The position numbers and the translations under genes were made by a program. A stretch of 64,000 bases of DNA from a virus (taxonomy: Duplodnaviria; Caudoviricetes): positions 96,001 to 160,000 of the IMG/VR virus record IMGVR_UViG_3300020360_000085; one strand, 5' to 3'. How positions within the stretch are numbered: position 1 is the first letter of the stretch; the number at the start of each line of letters is the position of its first letter. Positions 1 through 9,096 of the stretch are shown here, one piece after another. The notes beneath the pieces are model-generated. The model was not told where the DNA came from, ran no database searches, and saw only the letters and a list, made by a program, of their open reading frames with translations.

Positions 1-993
1 GCCACCAGTTAAACCGTCTCCGGCTGTAACACCTTCTATGTCACCTGCGTCATTAGTAAAACTAAATGCACCTGTACTACTGTTATAACTTAGGTCTCCA
101 CCAGCACTAAAAAGTCCTCTAATTACTGAACTTGCTATGCCTAATGTTCCTGAACTTGCTGTTAAGTTAGTTCCAGCCATTCCTGAAACTAAATCAGCGA
201 TACTTTCTTTCTTTGAACTATTATCACTTGCGTCTATGATTGGTATGCTGTCTGCATCTACGGCTACTGCGGCCGCACTTAATTCATTTAAGTCTAGTGC
301 TAATGATACTGCACCACTTGAACCACCGCCACTAAGTCCGTCACCTGCTGTAACGGCACTAATGTCACCTGTTTCTGAAATACTTAAAACACCATTTGTT
401 GCATCTAGTCCTGATCCTGCCATAAATGTTGCTAAAGCATCTACTGTTGTTCTTTGTTCTGTAGAGCCGTCTGAGTCTAGAGTTGCAAATGAATCTCCTG
501 TTGCTGGAGTAACTGCGGAAAATTCTGAAAAGTCTACTGCTAGGGTAACAGTACCAGAAGTACCTCCTCCACTAAGTCCTACACCTGCAGTAACACCTTC
601 TATGTCACCTGCGTCGTTTGTAAAACTGAATGCACCAGAAGTACTATTATATGACAAGTCTCCACTTGCACTAAATAATCCTCTAACTTCTGAATTACTT
701 AATTCTATATCATTTGCATTTGCTGTAATACCATATCCACCAACTACGTTAAGTGTTGCGTCTCCATCTGTAGCACCACCGGTTAAACCTGCACCTGCTA
801 CAATGGCTGTAATATCACCATCACCTAATGATGTAATTTCAGAATATTTTGCTAGTCTATGTCCACCTGCTGTTGATCCGTCATGAACTCTGACAGTATT
901 GTTCGTTGTATCGATCGTAATCTCACCAGCCAGTCCAGTAAATGAACCATGTTGGGTGGCGGTACCACGTCTCCTTTGAATTGCTGTTGCCAT
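1..993 (-). CDS. Tail fibre protein with Mtd_N/hyaluronidase-N-like head domain (partial, runs off the window start)
   Basis: Absent from the ORF track because it has no stop inside the window. ATG at 993 with GGGGA RBS. Translates as MATAIQRRRGTATQHGSFTGLAGEITIDTTNNTVRVHDGSTAGG..., then Gly-rich GDIEGVTAGxGLxGGG fibre repeats that stay in frame to base 1. Confidence 0.8.
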   Translation of the reverse strand, partial: MATAIQRRRGTATQHGSFTGLAGEITIDTTNNTVRVHDGSTAGGHRLAKYSEITSLGDGDITAIVAGAGLTGGATDGDATLNVVGGYGITANANDIELSNSEVRGLFSASGDLSYNSTSGAFSFTNDAGDIEGVTAGVGLSGGGTSGTVTLAVDFSEFSAVTPATGDSFATLDSDGSTEQRTTVDALATFMAGSGLDATNGVLSISETGDISAVTAGDGLSGGGSSGAVSLALDLNELSAAAVAVDADSIPIIDASDNSSKKESIADLVSGMAGTNLTASSGTLGIASSVIRGLFSAGGDLSYNSSTGAFSFTNDAGDIEGVTAGDGLTGG

Positions 994-1035
994 TTTATTC
1001 CCCTAAATTAATAATAAAGCAATAATCTTTAATTG

Positions 1036-1043
1036 TATTTATC
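1036..1043 (-). promoter_or_regulatory. Late (gp55-type) promoter box GATAAATA
   Basis: TATTTATC on the + strand in the intergenic gap upstream of the fibre gene at 993. The same octamer recurs upstream of most structural genes. Confidence 0.6.
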
Positions 1044-1045
1044 AT

Positions 1046-2416
1046 TTATCTTAATATCCAATGTTCTAACTCACTATTAATATTTCTTATTTTGAGCCAT
1101 CTTTCGTTTGCATATTGTCCTTTATACATAGCAACTGAACCTATCATTGCTACTCTTGTCCATCCTCTGTCTAAACGGTTAATATACTCTTGTTCAAGTT
1201 CATATCTTTCATAAAATTTACAAACTTCTATTTGTGAACCGTCCTCTAATGTTTCATAAATTGTTGCACTTTCTGGAAGTGCAAAAGTAGGATCTAAACT
1301 ATCAACATAATAACTGTGAAGTTTTCCTTCGTGGTCTGTCCATTCAACTACTTCTGTATTTTCCTTGACTGGATTACCATCTTCTCCTAATTTGTATTTT
1401 TCCTTCCAGGCATTCCAACCTGCATTACCTACTATTGCAGAATGTTGTACTACTACACCTACAACGTTTTCGTTACTGTCTGCAATATGTAATTTACCCT
1501 CTGTGTCTAGTGTAACAGCAACACCATATCTGTTTTCATTTTTAGTGTTACCGTCTGCCCATTCATATATTTCTGCGTAGGCTGTATGGTTACTTAAATA
1601 ACCTGTCTCAGTAAATACTGAGCCTTCTCCATCTATCCTAAATACATCTAATCCTCCAGGATCATTATTGTATTCATTATATACTTGAGCATTTAAAAAA
1701 TTAAAACTGCGCCTTGGTGCAGAACCACTTTGTAAATTTAAAAAGTTGCCCTCATAATGTTTGCTAGGTGCAAAACTATTAATCATATCTCCATGACATT
1801 GGGTACCTTTTATATATACTTTGCTTAATCTTTTATCCTCTACATCTCCAAAAATAAGTCTGCCATCACTTGTAATATTAAAACCTTGTCTGTTTTGTCT
1901 GCTTATTGCTCTTAAACTAAAAGTTTTTTCGTCGTCGCCATCGCCCTCTACAATTAATCCTCTAGTGCTGTTTAATCCACTAGATGGAATAGGTGCTTCA
2001 CTAGGATAATTGGATCTAATGTGTACACTTCCAGGACCATATGCCTTAGGTGCCCTTAAACCTATACCTATTGCTCCAGATCTATTAATAGTAAAATAAC
2101 TTTTACCTTCTGATGCTATTAAAAATCCATCAAGTTCTGAAGACAGTCTAAAATTTTTTTCACCTGTTAAATTTAATTCTGCTCTTTCCCATTTTAATTC
2201 TTTTGGAATAGATACATTTTTTATTTCTTTTAAACCTTGCTGTAATTTTTTTTCAATGTTTTTTTCTATGCTACTAATATCTACATCACTTTCAGAATTA
2301 TCAAATTCTATATTTAATAATGCTTCTTCCAGTTGCTTTTGAACCTCTTGCTTTACAAGTTGTTTTAGTGTTGGTTCTTTCTTTTTAGTAGTCTGTGTCT
2401 TTTTTGCTCTTGGCAT
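1046..2416 (-). CDS. Tail spike-like protein with C-terminal peptidase G2-type intramolecular chaperone domain
   Basis: C-terminal AYAEIYEWADGNTKNENRYGVAVTLD...IVGNAGWNAWKEKY...YINRLDRGWTRVAMIG resembles Peptidase_G2 autocleaving chaperone domains. It lies among fibre genes. Confidence 0.6.
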   Translation of the reverse strand: MPRAKKTQTTKKKEPTLKQLVKQEVQKQLEEALLNIEFDNSESDVDISSIEKNIEKKLQQGLKEIKNVSIPKELKWERAELNLTGEKNFRLSSELDGFLIASEGKSYFTINRSGAIGIGLRAPKAYGPGSVHIRSNYPSEAPIPSSGLNSTRGLIVEGDGDDEKTFSLRAISRQNRQGFNITSDGRLIFGDVEDKRLSKVYIKGTQCHGDMINSFAPSKHYEGNFLNLQSGSAPRRSFNFLNAQVYNEYNNDPGGLDVFRIDGEGSVFTETGYLSNHTAYAEIYEWADGNTKNENRYGVAVTLDTEGKLHIADSNENVVGVVVQHSAIVGNAGWNAWKEKYKLGEDGNPVKENTEVVEWTDHEGKLHSYYVDSLDPTFALPESATIYETLEDGSQIEVCKFYERYELEQEYINRLDRGWTRVAMIGSVAMYKGQYANERWLKIRNINSELEHWILR

Positions 2417-2423
2417 TTTTTAC

Positions 2424-3626
2424 CTAACTAATAACTGCTCTGTCTTGTACTCTTCTCCAATTGGAGCCATCATAAAAAGCCATTGTGGCACCACCTGTTT
2501 CATCACTTACAAATATCATATCACCAGCACTCATACCTGTGATACTACCTGCTTCACTAACAGTATAACTGTCGTGTGCTGTAGGCATTCTGTCATCTGT
2601 TGTAATAGGACCATAATCTACTGTTGTATTTGCGGCCTGTGTAACAAGTCCATAATCTTCTATATGACTAAAAACACCTGTTACGTCTAAATTTGTTACT
2701 GTTAAAGTATTATCAGATTTATCAAAAGTAAAATCTGAATCTCCTGCTAAATCTCCACTGTCATTAAACTGTACCTGCGTATTACTACCACTTGCAGGTA
2801 TGGCACCAAAACTAATTGTACCTGAGCCGTCTGTTTTTAATACTTGATTAGCAGAACCGTCTGCTGATGGTAAACTGTATTCACTGTTTACGTTTACTGT
2901 ACCTGTTACAGTTATACCTGTGGAACTTGTTGCCAATTTTTCACTATTGTTATGATATAATGTTTGAGCACCGCCTGAACTGAATACTGCTGACGTTTTA
3001 CTTCCTGCGGCATTAGTAATTGTTACTGTTCCTGATCTTACTCTTAAAGATCCAGTTCCAGCATCATCTATATAACTGTTATTTCCATCGTGATATATTT
3101 CTAAATCGCCGCCTGTACCAAATTTTGCTTTTACATTATCTGAATAAAGGACTTCATTACCTTCTATTTTAAAAACTTCTGATGTGTTATTAGCATTGTA
3201 AATTTTAAATATTGGATCACTACCACTACTGTTATCTCGTACTCTTAATTGTGTAGCCGTTCCATTTGCATGATGTACATCTAAGTAAGCACCTGCAAAT
3301 TGTAGACTAGGATTAGTGCCTAATCTTAAATTTCCATTTACAAATAATTTTTCGTTGCTCGAGGTCGAGCCAACGGAGACTGTGTCGTTAGAGGAATCAA
3401 CAAATAATGTTCCACTGTCGACATTCAATTCTGGCAAGGTACTTCCTATATTTTGCCAACTACTACCATTATAGACTTTAACCGTTGAATTAGAACTGTC
3501 TAAGAACAAGTCACCCGCAGATTGGTCGCTAGATGGCTCTGTACCGGTACTTAATTTATTACCCGTACTTTTACCGATCTTAAAATCAGATTGCGTGGTA
3601 CCTTTAAAATTTCCAAAAATTGCCAT
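2424..3626 (-). CDS. Virion fibre/structural protein
   Basis: Gly/Ser/Thr/Asn-rich. Contains the LPSADGSANQVLKTDGSGTISF and SNTQVQFNDSGDLAGDSDFTFD modules typical of phage fibres. Confidence 0.65.
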   Translation of the reverse strand: MAIFGNFKGTTQSDFKIGKSTGNKLSTGTEPSSDQSAGDLFLDSSNSTVKVYNGSSWQNIGSTLPELNVDSGTLFVDSSNDTVSVGSTSSNEKLFVNGNLRLGTNPSLQFAGAYLDVHHANGTATQLRVRDNSSGSDPIFKIYNANNTSEVFKIEGNEVLYSDNVKAKFGTGGDLEIYHDGNNSYIDDAGTGSLRVRSGTVTITNAAGSKTSAVFSSGGAQTLYHNNSEKLATSSTGITVTGTVNVNSEYSLPSADGSANQVLKTDGSGTISFGAIPASGSNTQVQFNDSGDLAGDSDFTFDKSDNTLTVTNLDVTGVFSHIEDYGLVTQAANTTVDYGPITTDDRMPTAHDSYTVSEAGSITGMSAGDMIFVSDETGGATMAFYDGSNWRRVQDRAVIS

Positions 3627-3702
3627 TCTTTTTTCCGTTCAGTTCAGTAATTGTAAAACTACTGTCTGTGTCAACTGTCGACACAGTCTTCCCGTTCAAT
3701 AC

Positions 3703-3710
3703 TATTTATC
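3703..3710 (-). promoter_or_regulatory. Late promoter box GATAAATA upstream of a structured leader
   Basis: TATTTATC at 3703-3710, about 76 nt upstream of the ATG at 3626. Confidence 0.6.
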
Positions 3711-3713
3711 TTT

Positions 3714-4790
3714 TTAACTAGTTTTAAGTGGCTTAGATAATTCTTCCCAACTGGTCTCGTAATCACTGTCACCATCTGCGTAACCCATTACACCTAGTTT
3801 TTCATATTCAGGTATAAGTTCGTCTCTAAGTAGTCCTATCTTTTTAAGGTTGGGCATTATTCTGCTGAATAACACATCTTGAAATTGTGTTTGAAATATA
3901 TTCTCTTTTTGATATTCGTCTGTAAACTCTATATCCATACCATATTTTTCCCAAACATCGTATGCTCTTAATCTGTTTCTGCTTACAGTACATGCCTCTA
4001 AGGCAAATTGTGCTCTGTCTATCTGTTCTTCTTGTGTAAGTGTTTGTACATAATCTGTTAGGTAGTTTATACCAAATGTAACATGTCTGGCTTCGTCTCT
4101 GATAATGTAATCCAGCATTTGATATAACACAGGATCTTTTGTTGCATTTTTTGTAGCATTAAAGGCCGCAAGTGCTAGTCCTTCTATAACAACTTGCATA
4201 CCAATAAATTTTAAGTCCCAACGTGGATCTGTAAGTATTTTATCCAGTAATCCTTTTAGGGCTCTGCCTATGGGCCAAGTACGTTGTATTCTGGTTTGTA
4301 AATATTTGTTAAATGCTTCTACATGTCTGGCTTCGTCAAATGTCTGACTTGCCGCATACAGTTTAGCATTAAATGTAGGCGCACAACTGGCCAACTGACT
4401 TGCTACCAATAAAGCACCTTGTTCGCCATGTAAAAACTGACTGAGTGCCCAACTGTTTAAATCTGTAAGAAACTCCATTCTGGTTTCTTTATCCATTTTG
4501 TTGAACACAGGATGGTTATCCCATTGAGTATTTTCAAATTCAAACTCTTCTGGGTCCATGCCTTTGTATTCTGGAGACCAATCTACATCAACTTCCACAT
4601 TCCAGTTTAGTTTTTTACCTAGTTCATATAATTTTTTGATACGATTATCCTGAACTGTATAGTCCCAATTATAACTTCCTGTGAGGGGGGTTTCGAAAAT
4701 TTCTACGACATCTGTGGGTTCTAGATTGGCAGGATATTCACCATCATGTAACGTGATGTCTCGAGGAGTATCAGTCCTGAGAACTTTCAT
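3714..4790 (-). CDS. Ferritin-like diiron-carboxylate protein (AurF/aldehyde-decarbonylase-like superfamily)
   Basis: Two ExxH helices (FDEARH, RDEARH), each preceded by a carboxylate ligand (HGEQGA, IEGLA). This is the four-helix-bundle diiron pattern. Confidence 0.75.
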   Translation of the reverse strand: MKVLRTDTPRDITLHDGEYPANLEPTDVVEIFETPLTGSYNWDYTVQDNRIKKLYELGKKLNWNVEVDVDWSPEYKGMDPEEFEFENTQWDNHPVFNKMDKETRMEFLTDLNSWALSQFLHGEQGALLVASQLASCAPTFNAKLYAASQTFDEARHVEAFNKYLQTRIQRTWPIGRALKGLLDKILTDPRWDLKFIGMQVVIEGLALAAFNATKNATKDPVLYQMLDYIIRDEARHVTFGINYLTDYVQTLTQEEQIDRAQFALEACTVSRNRLRAYDVWEKYGMDIEFTDEYQKENIFQTQFQDVLFSRIMPNLKKIGLLRDELIPEYEKLGVMGYADGDSDYETSWEELSKPLKTS

Positions 4791-4795
4791 GTGGG

Positions 4796-5620
4796 TTATC
4801 TACCTGATTTTTGACTGTTTTTGAGTTTTTCTATAGTTGCCATTACCATAGCATCTGCAGTTTTACCGTCGCCAGTTGGAGATCCAAAATTACCACCAAA
4901 TGCACCTTGTTGAGGATTGTCCATACCAGCAACTATACGATTTAATCTTTGTTCATTTTTTCTAATAAAGAATAACATATATGCTTCAAAGTCCCCGCCT
5001 TTCTGACCTAAAATTTTACCTTGTTTTTGTGCGGCATTTTCGGTTTCTCTTTTTGGTTTACCAAACTTTTCTCTTTCTGCTTCAATTTGTCCTAGTAAAT
5101 TATTATATAGTGCTACTTCTTTTTCAACTGCGTCATAATGCATTTTAGCATCTTTTAAAATAATATTTTGTAGATTTTTATCTATTCCTGGCATATTTTT
5201 AGTAATTGTAGTGTAATCATTTCGTGCAAAAGCGGATTGTCCTGACATATTACTACCAAAACTATTCCTTGAATAAGCCATTGCTTGAAAACCAAAAGCA
5301 TTTGGATATTTTGCCTGTACTTGATTAGCATGATTTTGATCAATCTGCTGTGCCTGAGGAGCATTTGCGTCTGCACCAGGATCTGCACTTACTGGTTCGT
5401 CAGCCATTGCTTGGCCTCCCATTGCCATAGCACCTGCTAATCCTAGTCCCATAGCACCTTTTTTAATTTTATCCACCATGCCAGGTGCTTCATACAACTC
5501 TGCTTCACTGATTATGCTGTTGTACTCTTCCTGAGTTTCTGCAACTTTAAGACGATCTAGATAAGAATTAATTTGTGCTTCTTCTACTAGGTTTATTAGA
5601 TTTCTCATTTCATTTGACAT
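4796..5620 (-). CDS. Hypothetical protein, possible internal head protein
   Basis: Clean ORF. N-terminus MSNEMRNLINLVEE is followed by an acidic stretch and an internal hydrophobic segment KKGAMGLGLAGAMAMGGQAMA. Confidence 0.5.
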   Translation of the reverse strand: MSNEMRNLINLVEEAQINSYLDRLKVAETQEEYNSIISEAELYEAPGMVDKIKKGAMGLGLAGAMAMGGQAMADEPVSADPGADANAPQAQQIDQNHANQVQAKYPNAFGFQAMAYSRNSFGSNMSGQSAFARNDYTTITKNMPGIDKNLQNIILKDAKMHYDAVEKEVALYNNLLGQIEAEREKFGKPKRETENAAQKQGKILGQKGGDFEAYMLFFIRKNEQRLNRIVAGMDNPQQGAFGGNFGSPTGDGKTADAMVMATIEKLKNSQKSGR

Positions 5621-5625
5621 AATGT

Positions 5626-5633
5626 TATTTATC
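5626..5633 (-). promoter_or_regulatory. Late promoter box 5 nt upstream of ATG
   Basis: Minus strand reads GATAAATA-acatt-ATG(5620). Confidence 0.6.
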
Positions 5634-5647
5634 CTTTTCCGACCATT

Positions 5648-8600
5648 TTATACTATTATTTCTACCAGTCCTGGAGCCGCTTCTGTTTTATGTTCTAATG
5701 CTCTACCAACAATTTGTAATGGACTTAACTTGTTTGGTGCTAATGCCACCATGGCATGTCCTGGTACATCACTTGTTATAAGTACATCACCTTTCTTACA
5801 TGTACCTGCAACTTTACATGGTATTCTTCCACGTAATGCTATTGCTACACCATCTGCCTCTGAATTCATTAAATATGCAGGATCTGTACTTACAACTCCT
5901 GCTACTGCATAACTGCCTGCATCGTCTGTTACGGTAACTTCTTTATCTCCACCAATTACTAAAACAGTACCTGGTTCATACTCTGCGTCTGCTTCATACT
6001 TCTCAGCCAAGTCAGCATATCTGGCCTGTGTTGCTGTACCCACAAAGAAGTTTGCATCAACATTTCCACTAAAGTCTGCTGATGTCATACCTGTTAATGC
6101 TGTATCTAAATTTACTGTTGCACTACCACTAGTTGCACCACCATTTAAATTTGTTCCTGCCACAACTGCTGTGATATCACCTACATTTGTAGTAAAGCCT
6201 GAATCGTTATCGAAATTACTTATTTTTATTTCACTTGCGGCTTTTCTGCTTTCAGTAGTTCCATTTTGTAAAATAAACTCTGTAGTGCCTGAAATATCTC
6301 CTGTCATGTCTGTAAGTTCACTGAAGTCAAGTGCTAAACTAACTGTACCTGAAGTACCACCGCCACTAAGTCCTACACCTGCTGTAACTCCTTCTATGTC
6401 ACCAGCATCGTTAGTAAAACTAAACACACCAGTACTAGAATTGTAACTGATATCTCCACTAGCACTAAACAACCCTCTTACGTCTGCATTTGCTAGTGCT
6501 AAACTTACTGTGCCTGAAGTACCGCCTCCACTTAATCCAAACCCTGCTGTAACACCTTCTATGTCACCTGCGTCATTTGTAAAACTGAAAACACCAGTAC
6601 TGGAATTGTAACTAATATCTCCACTTGCACTAAACAATGCTCTTACTTGTGAATTACTTAATTCTATATCAGTACTGTTTGCTGTAAGTCCATATCCAGC
6701 ACCTACATTAAGTGTTACTGCACCACTTACACCGCCACCTGTTAAACCATCTCCGGCTGTAACGGCTGATATATCTGCATCACTGTCTGTTGCAATAGTA
6801 ATTGTGCTACCACTATGTGTAACATCTATTCCTGATCCTGCTGTAAATGTCAGTAAACCACCACTTGTTATAGCCTGGTTACCAGCACTATCTGTTGTGA
6901 ATTGCCAGTTAGCAAAGTTATCTGCTGTTGTTGATATAACACCTGTGCTATTATCATAACTAATTAATCCTGTGCCACTTATTGCTCCTCTGTACTGAGT
7001 ATTACCTGGGCCTGTGTATGTAAATACACCATTATTATTATCATAACTTAAACTGCCATCTCCACTGCTACTAACAGAAAAGTGTGTTCTTATTGCTGGA
7101 ATATTTGCATCTATTGTTAATGCTGTTCCGCCATCTGTAATTAAAACATTACTACCTGCTTCTAAACCTTTTACAGCATGGAATGTGTCTGAACCTACAG
7201 TTCGTTGTCCTGCATAAAGTTCAAATGTACTAGTACCTGTTGTACCAGTATTTGTATAACTTAAACTACTATTGGCTTCTTCTACTGAGCCAACACTACT
7301 TGTTGGTGTAATTTGTTTTTTAGCACCATTTACATATACCCAGGCTTCATTACTGTCTGTAAATATTGCATTCTCTACTGCTACATCTGTTGTAGGTATT
7401 AATAAATTACCTGTAAATGTTTTTTGTCCTGCTAAACTTTGATTGCCTGTTGTTCTTATAACAGTATTATCAACATCAATAGTACCACTTGCATAAGTTA
7501 TACCATCGCCTCCATTTAAATAGGCATCCATGGCCGCATTAGAGGCCGCATCAAAATCTGTTATTTGAGAATGTGGTATTGCAATAGTTGAATTTGTTGC
7601 ACTTGTAATTTGTCCTTGTGCATTAATGGCAATTTGTGGGATTACTACTGGACTTCCATAAGTTGCGGCACTTACACCTGTATTTGTAATACTGATAGCA
7701 CCACTACTAAATGTTATTCCTGTTCCGCCACTAAAGTCTGAAAACAGTAACATATTTTCATCTGAACCTGCATTATTAAATTGCCATCTGTCTGCTGTAT
7801 CGTTCCATTTTAAATATCTTGTTCCACTAGAACGTACAACGTTTATATGTGCATCGCCATCGCTTACTGCACCTGATCTTAATGTTATGTTTGTATCTTC
7901 TACAAATAAATCCACCTGTGTAGCAGAGTTAATATTTGCTGTAACATTCAAGTTACCTTGTATTTCAACATCACTTGTAAATGTTTTAGCACCACTAATA
8001 CTTTGAGTATTGTCTGTTAATACTATATTTGTATTATTTCCTATTGCAATATTGGACTGTGCTTGTATTTCTGCATTAGTTGTTTCTATGACACCAGTAC
8101 CACTTGTATAAGTTATACCATATCCACCTGAAAAATGTGCTCGTACATTTGCGGCAGAATTATCTATTCTTGCTTGTACTTCTGCTAAATTAGGTCCTGT
8201 GTAAGTTACTACACCAGTGCTTGAATTGTATGACAGTGATCCGTCACCACCAGAATCAGTAACACTGATTTGATTTTTTATAAATGCTGTATTTACTTCT
8301 ACGTTATTTGCATTTACTAATATGCCAGGTCCTGCAACTACATCTACTGTTCTTGTTGCTGTAATATCACCACCGCCTGTAAGTCCAGCACCTGCAGTAA
8401 TCGTTACTGCACTATGGTCAACATGTTCGTTTGCAACAAAATTTGTTAATGCATCATGATCAATATTTACATTACTTGCACTTGTTATTCTACCTTTGCT
8501 GTTTACAGTAAATTGGCCTACTTCGTTTGCATCTCCGTAAACTCCTGCAGTAACTCCTGTTACAGTTAAATTACCTTCTAGGTTTACTGTATTACCTGAT

Positions 8601-8986
8601 CCTGTAAATGTGGCAGTATCGGCAACTAAATCTCCACTTGCACTATTTAAATTAACAGTAACAGCACTACTAAATGCATTTGCAAAATCGGCTGTACCAC
8701 TAACATTACCTGAAACACTACCTGTAAAGTTTGTTGCACTGATATCTTTATTAAAGGATATTACATTCGAACTATCTAAAAAAGATACCTCTGCAAGATT
8801 ACTATTACTGTTTAATTTTAATTTTGCTGTTACATTTTGGCCATCTGAATTTATAACTAATTCGTCTGATTGTAGATTATTAACTTTTACAGTATCCTCT
8901 TGCTGGACAACCTCGCCTTCAATGGTAAGTTTACCCTGGATAACCAGTTCTTGATCTGCATTAATGTAAGTCTTTTTTGTTGCCAT
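5648..8986 (-). CDS. Long tail fibre protein with C-terminal intramolecular chaperone domain
   Basis: 1112 aa with fibre repeats (ITAGAGLTGGG, SYNSSTGVFSF). C-terminal ATQARYADLAEKYEADAEYEPGTV...GRIPCKV chaperone motif. Confidence 0.8.
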   Translation of the reverse strand: MATKKTYINADQELVIQGKLTIEGEVVQQEDTVKVNNLQSDELVINSDGQNVTAKLKLNSNSNLAEVSFLDSSNVISFNKDISATNFTGSVSGNVSGTADFANAFSSAVTVNLNSASGDLVADTATFTGSGNTVNLEGNLTVTGVTAGVYGDANEVGQFTVNSKGRITSASNVNIDHDALTNFVANEHVDHSAVTITAGAGLTGGGDITATRTVDVVAGPGILVNANNVEVNTAFIKNQISVTDSGGDGSLSYNSSTGVVTYTGPNLAEVQARIDNSAANVRAHFSGGYGITYTSGTGVIETTNAEIQAQSNIAIGNNTNIVLTDNTQSISGAKTFTSDVEIQGNLNVTANINSATQVDLFVEDTNITLRSGAVSDGDAHINVVRSSGTRYLKWNDTADRWQFNNAGSDENMLLFSDFSGGTGITFSSGAISITNTGVSAATYGSPVVIPQIAINAQGQITSATNSTIAIPHSQITDFDAASNAAMDAYLNGGDGITYASGTIDVDNTVIRTTGNQSLAGQKTFTGNLLIPTTDVAVENAIFTDSNEAWVYVNGAKKQITPTSSVGSVEEANSSLSYTNTGTTGTSTFELYAGQRTVGSDTFHAVKGLEAGSNVLITDGGTALTIDANIPAIRTHFSVSSSGDGSLSYDNNNGVFTYTGPGNTQYRGAISGTGLISYDNSTGVISTTADNFANWQFTTDSAGNQAITSGGLLTFTAGSGIDVTHSGSTITIATDSDADISAVTAGDGLTGGGVSGAVTLNVGAGYGLTANSTDIELSNSQVRALFSASGDISYNSSTGVFSFTNDAGDIEGVTAGFGLSGGGTSGTVSLALANADVRGLFSASGDISYNSSTGVFSFTNDAGDIEGVTAGVGLSGGGTSGTVSLALDFSELTDMTGDISGTTEFILQNGTTESRKAASEIKISNFDNDSGFTTNVGDITAVVAGTNLNGGATSGSATVNLDTALTGMTSADFSGNVDANFFVGTATQARYADLAEKYEADAEYEPGTVLVIGGDKEVTVTDDAGSYAVAGVVSTDPAYLMNSEADGVAIALRGRIPCKVAGTCKKGDVLITSDVPGHAMVALAPNKLSPLQIVGRALEHKTEAAPGLVEIIV
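6331..6660 (-). repeat. Tandem 165-nt (55-aa) duplication inside the fibre gene
   Basis: GTGCTAAACT starts at 6331 and again at 6496. The peptide FSASGDISYNSSTGVFSFTNDAGDIEGVTAGxGLSGGGTSGTVSLAL occurs twice. Confidence 0.9.
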
Positions 8987-9010
8987 CTAGAATATCCTAT
9001 ATTATAGAAC

Positions 9011-9018
9011 TATTTATC
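9011..9018 (-). promoter_or_regulatory. Late promoter box GATAAATA
   Basis: Between the capsid terminator and the fibre gene RBS (AGGA). Confidence 0.6.
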
Positions 9019-9045
9019 AGATTTTGTGTTTTTGAAAACCAAGTC

Positions 9046-9073
9046 AAAAAAAGAGGCTCCTAAGAGCCTCTTT
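9046..9073 (-). terminator. Rho-independent terminator downstream of the major capsid gene
   Basis: Perfect 10-bp stem AAAGAGGCTC / GAGCCTCTTT with a 4-nt loop, followed by a U-tract on the minus strand. Confidence 0.9.
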
Positions 9074-9096
9074 AATTCTTCCTGAAACGTTTCGGT

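Noticed and set aside
137-886. 249-aa + strand ORF, and similar antisense ORFs such as 6171-6446, 8610-8954, 12000-12551 and 18127-18534
   Set aside because: These are shadow frames of real opposite-strand genes. Their P/A/V/S-rich translations arise from reverse-complemented Gly/Thr/Asp/Glu codons, and they lack RBS or motifs.
3714-3725. AACTAGTT near the 3703 late box as another extended promoter
   Set aside because: Its spacing to the box (5 nt) differs from the other three (11-12 nt), and it lies in coding sequence (K-T-S-stop).
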